Shown: positions 22,987 to 30,218 of the stretch, piece after piece
Layout: each line of letters begins with the position of its first letter
Position numbering within the stretch: the first letter of the stretch is position 1
Assembly (NCBI GenBank): GCA_035273885.1
Contig: DATEOR010000007.1
Span: forward strand, 1-63,680
Direction of reading: 5' to 3'
Length of the DNA: 63,680 bases
DNA from: Gaiellaceae bacterium
GTDB lineage: Bacteria > Actinomycetota > Thermoleophilia > Gaiellales > Gaiellaceae
Made by a program: the position numbers and the translations under genes
The notes under the pieces: model-generated
What the model saw: only the letters and a program-made list of their open reading frames with translations
Databases searched by the model: none
What the model was told of the DNA's origin: nothing

Positions 22987-23769
22987 TCAGAGGCCGACCG
23001 CTTGGCAGAACCGGGCGAGGCCCGCGACGTTCTGGGGATCGGCGGCCAGGCCGGAGAAACCGAGCCCCGCGACGGGCTTGTGCCGCGCCAGGTCCACGAG
23101 CACCGCTTCGGCGGCTTCGGGAGTCATCCCTCCCGGCTCGGGCATGAACATCGCGACGCCACAGTCGGGCTCGAGCACGTCGCAGTCGAAAGCGACGTAG
23201 ACGGCATCGACGCCGTCGAGCGCATCGGCCACACGCTCTTCGCCGAGGCGCAAGCCGCTCTCGGCGATGAACCTCTCCTCCGGAGGATCGAGGTTGCGCG
23301 CGCCCACGAGCGCCACGTCCTCCGCGGCCACGGTGTCAGAGTCGATCAGCATCCGGAGCGGCATCCCCCACGCGTTTCCACTGGGCGACGATTCCGGGGT
23401 GTTCAGGTCGCCGTGCGCATCGAACCAGACGACGCCGAGCCTGCCGACCCGCGTGGCGAGAGCCTCGACCGCCCCCACGTGCGCGCAGCAACAGCCGCCG
23501 ACGACGAGCGGGCGCTCGGGCAGCGAGCACGCGAGCGCAAGGGTCTGCTCGGTGAGCGTGTCCTCGTCCACGACTCCGGCCTCCGGATACGGCAGCTCCA
23601 GGAACGCCGCCTCCACCATCGACTCGCCGTCCTCGCCCCAGGCTTTCGGCACACGCACGAGGCCGGCGCGGAAAGTGCGTCCGCAGGAATGGCATTCGTA
23701 CTCCCCGCCTTCGAGAGCCACCGCGGTCAGCGTCCGGCAATCGGGGCAGCGCGCCCGGAGGGTCGACAC
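22987..23769 (-). CDS. arginase/ureohydrolase-fold protein with N-terminal CxxC...CxxC zinc ribbon
   Basis: N-terminus CPDCRTLTAVALEGGEYECHSCGRTF. Ureohydrolase motifs WFDAHGDLNTPESSPSGN and YVAFDCDVLEP. The first motif reads VVGGCCCAH instead of GGDHS. Confidence 0.7.
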   Translation of the reverse strand: MSTLRARCPDCRTLTAVALEGGEYECHSCGRTFRAGLVRVPKAWGEDGESMVEAAFLELPYPEAGVVDEDTLTEQTLALACSLPERPLVVGGCCCAHVGAVEALATRVGRLGVVWFDAHGDLNTPESSPSGNAWGMPLRMLIDSDTVAAEDVALVGARNLDPPEERFIAESGLRLGEERVADALDGVDAVYVAFDCDVLEPDCGVAMFMPEPGGMTPEAAEAVLVDLARHKPVAGLGFSGLAADPQNVAGLARFCQAVGL

Positions 23770-23772
23770 GAC

Positions 23773-24444
23773 CTAAAAGGTAGCTGGGACCAGCTCGTCC
23801 AGCACGTCCGGGAGCCGGGAGAGGTCCTTGAGCTCCGCAGCGCGCGGAAGGTCGCTCGTCTCGGCGAGGCGGTTGATCCACACCGCTTTGAGGCCCAGCT
23901 CCTCGGCCGGCTCGATGTCGTGGAAGAGACTCGCCGCCACGTGCACGTGCCGGTCGCGGTCGGCCCCGTAGCGCTCGAAGAAGCGCTCCCAGTGCCCGTG
24001 CGCCGGCTTGTAGGAGCCGGCATCGGACGCGGTGATCTGCCCGTCGATGGGGACACCGATGCGCTCGAAGGAGGCCGCCAAGAACTCAGGATCCGTGTTC
24101 GAGAGCGGGGCAAGCCTGAAGCCACGGCCGCGCAGCTCGGCGAGGGCTCCGGGAACCTCGGGGAACGGCCTCCAGGAAGGCAGAGAGTCGCCGAGCGCGC
24201 CCTCCTCACCCGGCGGGACCGAAAGCCCCTCCTCGGCGGCCAGGCGCGCAAGTGTCTCGGCGAGTACGTCGCGATACGGAATTGCGCGTCCCTCCTCCAC
24301 CTGCGGCTCGAGCTCGTGGTAGCGCTCGAGCAGGCGGTCGGCGTCCTCGTCGGGCCACAGCCGCGCGAGCTCGGTGCGGATCCCGGCCATCCAGTCGATC
24401 ATCGTGCCGTAGACATCGAACGTGACCCAGCGCTCGTCGGCCAC
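23773..24444 (-). CDS. HAD-superfamily hydrolase (haloacid dehalogenase type II-like)
   Basis: Motif I VTFDVYGTMIDW, LSNTD, SYKP, and a downstream acidic motif. GTG start 6 nt after the fabF stop. Confidence 0.7.
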   Translation of the reverse strand: MADERWVTFDVYGTMIDWMAGIRTELARLWPDEDADRLLERYHELEPQVEEGRAIPYRDVLAETLARLAAEEGLSVPPGEEGALGDSLPSWRPFPEVPGALAELRGRGFRLAPLSNTDPEFLAASFERIGVPIDGQITASDAGSYKPAHGHWERFFERYGADRDRHVHVAASLFHDIEPAEELGLKAVWINRLAETSDLPRAAELKDLSRLPDVLDELVPATF

Positions 24445-24450
24445 GGGTGT

Positions 24451-25698
24451 CTAGTCCTTGAACTTTGAGACGACGAGGCAGGCGTTGTGCCCGCCGAACC
24501 CGAAGTTGTTCGAGAGAGCGACGTCCGTCTTCCACTCGCGCGATTCGTTCGGGATGTAGTCGAGGTCGCACTCGGGATCCGGGTACTCGTAGTTGATCGT
24601 CGGCGGCACGACGTCGCGCTGCACCGCGAAGATCGACGTGATCGCCTCGATCGCGCCCGACGCGCCGAGGCAGTGCCCCGTCGCGCCCTTGGTAGACGAG
24701 ATCGGCGTCTTCCTCGCCTTCTCCTCGCCGAGGGCGACCTTGATCACGCGCGTCTCGCTCGCGTCGCCGAGCGGCGTCGAGGTCCCGTGGGCGTTGATGT
24801 AGTCGATGTCCTCCGGCCCCACGCCGGAGTCGTCCATCGCCATCTTCATCGCGCGGGCGGGATGTTGGCCCGTGGGGTCGGGCTCGGTGATGTGCTGCGC
24901 ATCCGACGAGATCCCGTAACCGCGAAGCTCGGCGTAGACCTTCGCGCCCCGCTTCCTCGCGTGCTCCAGCTCCTCGAGCACGACGATCGCGCCCGCTTCG
25001 CCCATGACGAAACCGTCGCGCTCTGCGTCGAACGGCCGGCTGGCGCGCTCGGGATCGTCGTTCCGCCGCGACAGCGCGCGCATGGCCCCGAAGCCGCCGA
25101 TGCCGACCTTCGTGATCCCAGCCTCGGTGCCGCCGGCGAGCATGACGTCGGCCCGTCCGAGTCGGATGTCGTCGAGCGCCTGCCCGATCGCCATGTTGGA
25201 AGCCGCGCACGCCGTGCACTCGGACCAGAGGGGGCCGCGCGTCCCCAGCTCCATCGAGACCCAGGCGGCGCCCATGTTCGGGATGATCGCCGGGATCGAG
25301 AAGGGGTTGACGCGATCGGGGCCGCGCGCGAGCAGCTGGTCGTAGCAGTCCTGAAAGGCCTTCAGCCCGCCGATCCCCGTCGCCACCGAGACGCCAACGC
25401 GGTCCGTCTCCGGCTCGATCTCGATCCCGGAGTCCGCCTCTGCCATGCGCGCGGCGGCGACGATCATCTGCGCGAAGCGGTCGAGCTTGCGGGCCTTCCG
25501 GTGGTCGAGCCACTTCGCCGGCTCGAAGTCCTTCAGCTCGCAAGCGAAATGGACCGCGAAATCGGAGGGGTCGAACTGCTGGATCGGCGCCGCACCGCTC
25601 TTTCCGGCGGTGAGGTTCGTCCAGAAGGTCTCTGCGTCGTTGCCGAGCGGCGTGACCGCTCCCACTCCGGTCACGACCACGCGCTTGCGTCCGTTCAT
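24451..25698 (-). CDS. fabF: 3-oxoacyl-ACP synthase II
   Basis: Internal ATG at 25698 (MNGRKRVVVTGVGAVTPLG). Active-site Cys ECTACAAS, HGTSTPLGD, GHCLGASG. Confidence 0.95.
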   Translation of the reverse strand: MNGRKRVVVTGVGAVTPLGNDAETFWTNLTAGKSGAAPIQQFDPSDFAVHFACELKDFEPAKWLDHRKARKLDRFAQMIVAAARMAEADSGIEIEPETDRVGVSVATGIGGLKAFQDCYDQLLARGPDRVNPFSIPAIIPNMGAAWVSMELGTRGPLWSECTACAASNMAIGQALDDIRLGRADVMLAGGTEAGITKVGIGGFGAMRALSRRNDDPERASRPFDAERDGFVMGEAGAIVVLEELEHARKRGAKVYAELRGYGISSDAQHITEPDPTGQHPARAMKMAMDDSGVGPEDIDYINAHGTSTPLGDASETRVIKVALGEEKARKTPISSTKGATGHCLGASGAIEAITSIFAVQRDVVPPTINYEYPDPECDLDYIPNESREWKTDVALSNNFGFGGHNACLVVSKFKD

Positions 25699-25718
25699 GC
25701 TCACGCTCGTTCCTCTCC

Positions 25719-26462
25719 CTACATCCCTAGGCCACCGTCGACGAGCAGCACCTCGCCCGTAATGAACGCGGCCTCGTCGGAACAGAGAAAGCGTACCGCA
25801 CGCGCTACATCCTCCGGCTCGCCGAGACGGCCGAGTGCCGTGTTCGAGAGGATGAGCTGGCGCATCTCCTCGGAGATGACGTCGGTGAGTGCGGTCTTGA
25901 TGTAGCCGGGCGCAATCACGTTGACGCGCACGCCGCGGGAGCCGAGCTCGCGGGCGAGCGCCTTCGACATCCCGATGATCCCGGCCTTCGACGCCGAATA
26001 GTTCGCCTGGCCCGGATTGCCGTGGAGGCCGACGACGGAGGACATGTTCACGATCGACCCTGCTCGCCGCTTCAGCATCTTGCGGGCAACCGCACGGCAC
26101 GTGTTGAACGGCCCGCGCAGGTTGGTCTCGATGACCGTCTCCCAATCCTCGTCGCTCATGCGCGCGATGAGCGTGTCGCGTGTCACGCCGGCGTTGTTGA
26201 CGAGCGCGTCGACGTCTCCGAGCTCCGACTCCACGCGCTCCACGAGTGCAACTGCCTCCTCGGGGATCGAGACGTCGGCCTGCATGGCTATTCCGCCGAC
26301 CTCGCCCGCGATCTCATCCGCGGCTGCCTGGTCGGAGCGGTAGTTGACCGCCACTTTGGCGCCCGCAGCGCCGAGCTCCCGCGAGATGGCGGCGCCGATC
26401 CCCCGCGACCCACCGGTGACGAGGACGACTTTCCCCTCGAGGGAGCAGAACTCGCTAGGCAG
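25719..26462 (-). CDS. fabG: 3-oxoacyl-ACP reductase; start assigned to a CTG because the Rossmann motif precedes the first canonical start
   Basis: SDR motifs NNAGV, YSASKAG. The cofactor motif LEGKVVLVTGGSRGIGAA is encoded at about 26370..26440, upstream of the track start GTG 26354. In-frame CTG at 26462..26460. Confidence 0.85.
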   Translation of the reverse strand: MPSEFCSLEGKVVLVTGGSRGIGAAISRELGAAGAKVAVNYRSDQAAADEIAGEVGGIAMQADVSIPEEAVALVERVESELGDVDALVNNAGVTRDTLIARMSDEDWETVIETNLRGPFNTCRAVARKMLKRRAGSIVNMSSVVGLHGNPGQANYSASKAGIIGMSKALARELGSRGVRVNVIAPGYIKTALTDVISEEMRQLILSNTALGRLGEPEDVARAVRFLCSDEAAFITGEVLLVDGGLGM

Positions 26463-27378
26463 CGGAGAGCGTCTCCTGGAGCTTCGCGAGAGACTCGGGG
26501 TCGCCGACTGACGCCGTCCGCAGGGAGCGGTCGCACCGCCGCAGCAGCCCGCTGAGGACCTGGCCGGGCCCGATCTCGACGAACGTCGTCACGCCCTGCT
26601 GGACGAGCTCGCGTACCGCCTGGGTCCACTTCACCGGCCCCGTGAGCTGCTCGACGAGCAGGCTGCCGATCCGCTGCGCGTCCTCGACCCGCGCCGTGAC
26701 CGTGGACATGAACGGCGTCACCGGGCTCGAGAAGCTCACGCTTTCGAGCGCGGGCCGCAGGATGTCGGCTGCCCCCTCGACGAGCGGGCTGTGGAAGGCG
26801 CCGCTGACCCGGAGCTTCACCGTCTTCCGCGCACCTCGGGCGGAGGCCTCCTCGATGAGCTGGTCGACCGCCGCGTTCTCGCCGGAGACGACTACCTGGC
26901 CCGGGCAGTTGTAGTTCGCCGGCCACACGTTCTCGATCCCGGCACAGAGCTCTTCGACGATCGAGTCCTCGAGACCGAGAACCGCGGCCATCGCACCCGG
27001 ATGCCGGTCGGCGGCCTCGGCCATCGCGCGGCCGCGTTCCTGGACGAGCGCGATCGCCTCTCGATCGGCGAGCGATGCGGCAGCCGCAAGCGCCGAGTAT
27101 TCCCCGACGGAATGGCCGACGACGAAGTCGGGCTTGATGCCGACGGTCTCGACCGCTCGCAGGCACGCGAGCGAGGTTGCGACGAGCGCCGGCTGCTGGA
27201 CGTCGGTGCGCGTCAGCTTCTCGATCGGGCCCTCGAAGCAGACCTGGGCGACGTCGTAGCCGACGGCCTCGGAAGCCTCGTCGTAGACGGCACGCGCCTC
27301 GGGAAAGCGCTCGGCGAACGCGCGGCCCATGCCGACGTCCTGCGAGCCCTGGCCCGGAAAGCAAAAGGCGATCTTCAT
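26455..27378 (-). CDS. fabD: malonyl-CoA:ACP transacylase
   Basis: MKIAFCFPGQGSQ N-terminus, active-site GHSVGEY, AFHSPL. ATGA overlap with fabH. Confidence 0.92.
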   Translation of the reverse strand: MKIAFCFPGQGSQDVGMGRAFAERFPEARAVYDEASEAVGYDVAQVCFEGPIEKLTRTDVQQPALVATSLACLRAVETVGIKPDFVVGHSVGEYSALAAAASLADREAIALVQERGRAMAEAADRHPGAMAAVLGLEDSIVEELCAGIENVWPANYNCPGQVVVSGENAAVDQLIEEASARGARKTVKLRVSGAFHSPLVEGAADILRPALESVSFSSPVTPFMSTVTARVEDAQRIGSLLVEQLTGPVKWTQAVRELVQQGVTTFVEIGPGQVLSGLLRRCDRSLRTASVGDPESLAKLQETLSAA

Positions 27379-28388
27379 GCGGTTCCGTTACCCCAAACCG
27401 TGTAGGCCGAGCCCCACGTGAGCCCCGCCCCCATTCCGGTCATCAGCACGCGCGTCCCTTCCTTCAGCCGTCCTTCGCGCACGCCCTGCGCAAGACAGAG
27501 CGGGATCGAAGCCGAGGACGTGTTCCCGTAACGGTCGACATTGACGAAGACCTTCTCCTCCGGGATGCCGAGCTTCGAAGCGGCGTAGTCGATGATCCGC
27601 TTGTTCGCCTGGTGGGGCACGTAGAGATCGACGTCGTCGACGGTGAGCCCGATCTCGTCCAGAAGCTTCTCGGCGGACGAGACCAGCACTCTGGTCGCGA
27701 ACCTGTAGACCTCACGGCCGTTCATCTGCAGAAAGTGCATCTCTTGTGCGACGGTTTCGGCGCTCGAAGGGTTGCGCGAGCCGCCTCCCGGGATCGAGAG
27801 CTCCTTCCCGCCCTCACCGTCGGACCCGAGCTCGAAGCCGAGGAAACCGCCGTCGGGGACGCGGCCGATGACGACGGCGCCGGCTCCGTCTCCGAAGAGG
27901 ACGCAGGTCGCACGGTCGTGCCAGTTGATGATCTTCGAGAGGGTCTCCGCGCCGACGACGAGCGCGTTGCGGGCGAGCCCCCCGGCCACCGTTCCGTAGG
28001 CCTGGGCGAGCGCGTACATGAAGCCGGTGCAACCGGCCGAGAGATCGTAGGCCGCGGCATCGGGCGCACCAAGCTCAGAAGCGAGTAGAGAACCGGTCGA
28101 AGGGAAGAACATGTCGGGCGTCACCGTCGCGACGACGACGAGGTCGAGCTCGGCCGCGTCGATCCCCGCCTGCTCGAGCGCCTGGCGGGCGGCGGGGAGC
28201 GCGAGGTCGCTCGCAGCTTGCCCGGGCTCCGCGATGTGACGCTCCTTGATCCCCGTGCGCTCCGTGATCCACTCGTCGGAGGTCTCGACGAGCTTGGAGA
28301 GGTCGTCGTTCGTGAGCACCTTCTCGGGCACGTACGAGCCCACGCCGAGGATCCCGATCGAGCCGTTTCCGGAAACGTTCGCCAGCAC
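27375..28388 (-). CDS. fabH: 3-oxoacyl-ACP synthase III
   Basis: GTG at 28388 (VLANVSGNGSIGILGVGSYVP). Active-site SAGCTGFMYAL, PHQANKRII, GNTSSASIP. Confidence 0.9.
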   Translation of the reverse strand: MLANVSGNGSIGILGVGSYVPEKVLTNDDLSKLVETSDEWITERTGIKERHIAEPGQAASDLALPAARQALEQAGIDAAELDLVVVATVTPDMFFPSTGSLLASELGAPDAAAYDLSAGCTGFMYALAQAYGTVAGGLARNALVVGAETLSKIINWHDRATCVLFGDGAGAVVIGRVPDGGFLGFELGSDGEGGKELSIPGGGSRNPSSAETVAQEMHFLQMNGREVYRFATRVLVSSAEKLLDEIGLTVDDVDLYVPHQANKRIIDYAASKLGIPEEKVFVNVDRYGNTSSASIPLCLAQGVREGRLKEGTRVLMTGMGAGLTWGSAYTVWGNGTA

Positions 28389-28392
28389 GGCT

Positions 28393-28830
28393 TCAGCTCT
28401 CGGTGACGGCGAACGTGAGCGTGCCTCGCGCGGCGACCTCACCGTCCACGGTGGCCCTCGCCTTGCCCCGGCCGACGGGCCCGCGCATCCGTTCGACCTC
28501 ACACGTCAACTCGAGCTCGTCTCCGGGCAACACCATGCGCTTGAAACGCACGTCGTCGATCCCGGCGAAGAGGGCGAGCTTGCCGCGGTTTGCCTCGTCG
28601 GCGAGCACCGCGACCGCGCCGCACTGCGCCATCGCCTCGACGATGATCACGCCGGGCATGATGGGCCGGCCCGGAAAGTGGCCGGCCAGGAACCACTCGT
28701 CTTCCCGCACGAGCTTTCGGGCGACGACGCGGGAACCGGGTTCGAGCACCGTGACTTCGTCCAGGAAGAGGAACGGGTCGCGGTGCGGCAGGATCTCTTC
28801 GATCTGCTCGCGCCCCAGGGCGACGGTCAC
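28393..28830 (-). CDS. fabZ: 3-hydroxyacyl-ACP dehydratase
   Basis: IEEILPHRDPFLFLD and FLAGHFPGRPIMPGV hot-dog motifs. GTG at 28830 overlaps the sigma-factor TGA as GTGA. Confidence 0.9.
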   Translation of the reverse strand: MTVALGREQIEEILPHRDPFLFLDEVTVLEPGSRVVARKLVREDEWFLAGHFPGRPIMPGVIIVEAMAQCGAVAVLADEANRGKLALFAGIDDVRFKRMVLPGDELELTCEVERMRGPVGRGKARATVDGEVAARGTLTFAVTES

Positions 28831-29444
28831 GCCGGCGTGTACTCCTCGAGCAGCGTCCGCAGCCTCGCCCGCGCGCGATGGACGTAGCACTTCGCCGTGC
28901 CCACCGGCATGCGCGCGACCCGGGAGATCTCCTTGTAGGAGAGGCCGAACGAATCCCGGAGCACAACGGCGATCCGCTGGTCGGCCGACAGGCGCGAGAG
29001 CGCGTCCGCCAGGTCGCGCCGCAGATCGGTGAGCATCGCAGCGCTCGACGGATCGGCATCGTCAGCCACGGCGTGCTCGTCGAGCTCCAGCGGCTCGGAA
29101 CGCCGCACGCGCTGGAACGCCATGCGGTCGCGGCACGTGTTCACGACAAGCCGGTGCAGCCAGGTCGCGAACTGCGCCTCGCCACGGAACTGCTTCAGCC
29201 GCGTGCACACCTTGACGAGCGACTCCTGCGCCGCGTCCCTCGCCTCTTCGAGGTCTCCCATCAGCTGCGAGGCAAGGCGGTTGACCCTCGGCGAATAGCG
29301 CTCGACGAGCGTGTCGAGCGCGCGCCGGTCGCCGTTCGTCGCCTTGTCGACGAGCTCCGAATCCGACAGCTTCGTGTAGAGGATGAGCCGGGGAACCGAT
29401 CGATCGGACTCGGTTTGCAGAGGCTTGGCGGCTAGCGATTGCAC
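28827..29444 (-). CDS. ECF-type RNA polymerase sigma-70 family factor (start uncertain: GTG 29444 or CTG 29369)
   Basis: Region 2 (DRRALDTLVERYSPRV, FATWLHRLVVNTCRDR) and region 4 HTH (LSYKEISRVARMPVGTAKCYVHRAR). Confidence 0.8.
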   Translation of the reverse strand: MQSLAAKPLQTESDRSVPRLILYTKLSDSELVDKATNGDRRALDTLVERYSPRVNRLASQLMGDLEEARDAAQESLVKVCTRLKQFRGEAQFATWLHRLVVNTCRDRMAFQRVRRSEPLELDEHAVADDADPSSAAMLTDLRRDLADALSRLSADQRIAVVLRDSFGLSYKEISRVARMPVGTAKCYVHRARARLRTLLEEYTPA

Positions 29445-30218
29445 GGCGCAAGTAGTGTAGTGCCAGTGACCCGGGATGACTCGCTTTCGCCGGAGCGTGT
29501 CGAGCCGCTCCTGACCGGCCGCTTCGGTCGTCCCTACGTCTACGAGAAGAGCTGCGGGACCACGCAAGAGCTCCTCGACGCCGACACGCCCGAGGGAGCG
29601 GTCGCCCTCTGCGACGAGCAGACGAAGGGCCGCGGCCGCCTCGGACGGAGCTGGACCGCGCCTCCCGGAACCGCCATCCTCTTTTCGCTCGTGCTGCGGC
29701 CGCCCGCCGACCGGATCGTGTCCGAGCTCTCGCTGGTCGCCGGAACAGCCGTCGCAGAGGCGATCGAGGGCGCCGTCGGCCTGGCCGTCCAGGTCAAGTG
29801 GCCGAACGACGTCATGCTCAACCGGCGCAAGGTTGCGGGCATCCTGGCCGAGGCCTCAGAGGGAGTCGTGGTGGTGGGTATCGGGCTGAACGTCAACCAG
29901 GAGCGCGGCGACCTGCCCGAAGACACGAACGTCCCGGCGGGGAGCCTGTACACGATCGACGGCGTCAGGCGGGAACGCGGGCCGCTCCTCGCCGCAATTC
30001 TCCACCGGCTCGAGGTGAACTACGACGCCTGGCTCGAGCGCGGGCTCGACGGCGTCTACGACAGCCTTGGCTCGCGCGACTTCCTGCGCGGCCGGCGGAT
30101 CGCCGTGAACGGAGAGACCGGAGTCGGGGTCAAGATCGACCGGGGCGGCCGCTTCCTCGTCGAGGTCGGCGGCGAAGAGCGTGCCGTCGAGTCCGGCGAG
30201 ATCGCCTTCGAGCGCTAG
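29439..30218 (+). CDS. birA: biotin--[acetyl-CoA-carboxylase] ligase (no N-terminal HTH)
   Basis: CDEQTKGRGRLGRSW biotin-binding motif (GRGRxGR), VKWPNDV. Start may be TTG 29439, GTG 29460 or GTG 29466. Confidence 0.8.
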   Translation: MHGASSVVPVTRDDSLSPERVEPLLTGRFGRPYVYEKSCGTTQELLDADTPEGAVALCDEQTKGRGRLGRSWTAPPGTAILFSLVLRPPADRIVSELSLVAGTAVAEAIEGAVGLAVQVKWPNDVMLNRRKVAGILAEASEGVVVVGIGLNVNQERGDLPEDTNVPAGSLYTIDGVRRERGPLLAAILHRLEVNYDAWLERGLDGVYDSLGSRDFLRGRRIAVNGETGVGVKIDRGGRFLVEVGGEERAVESGEIAFER

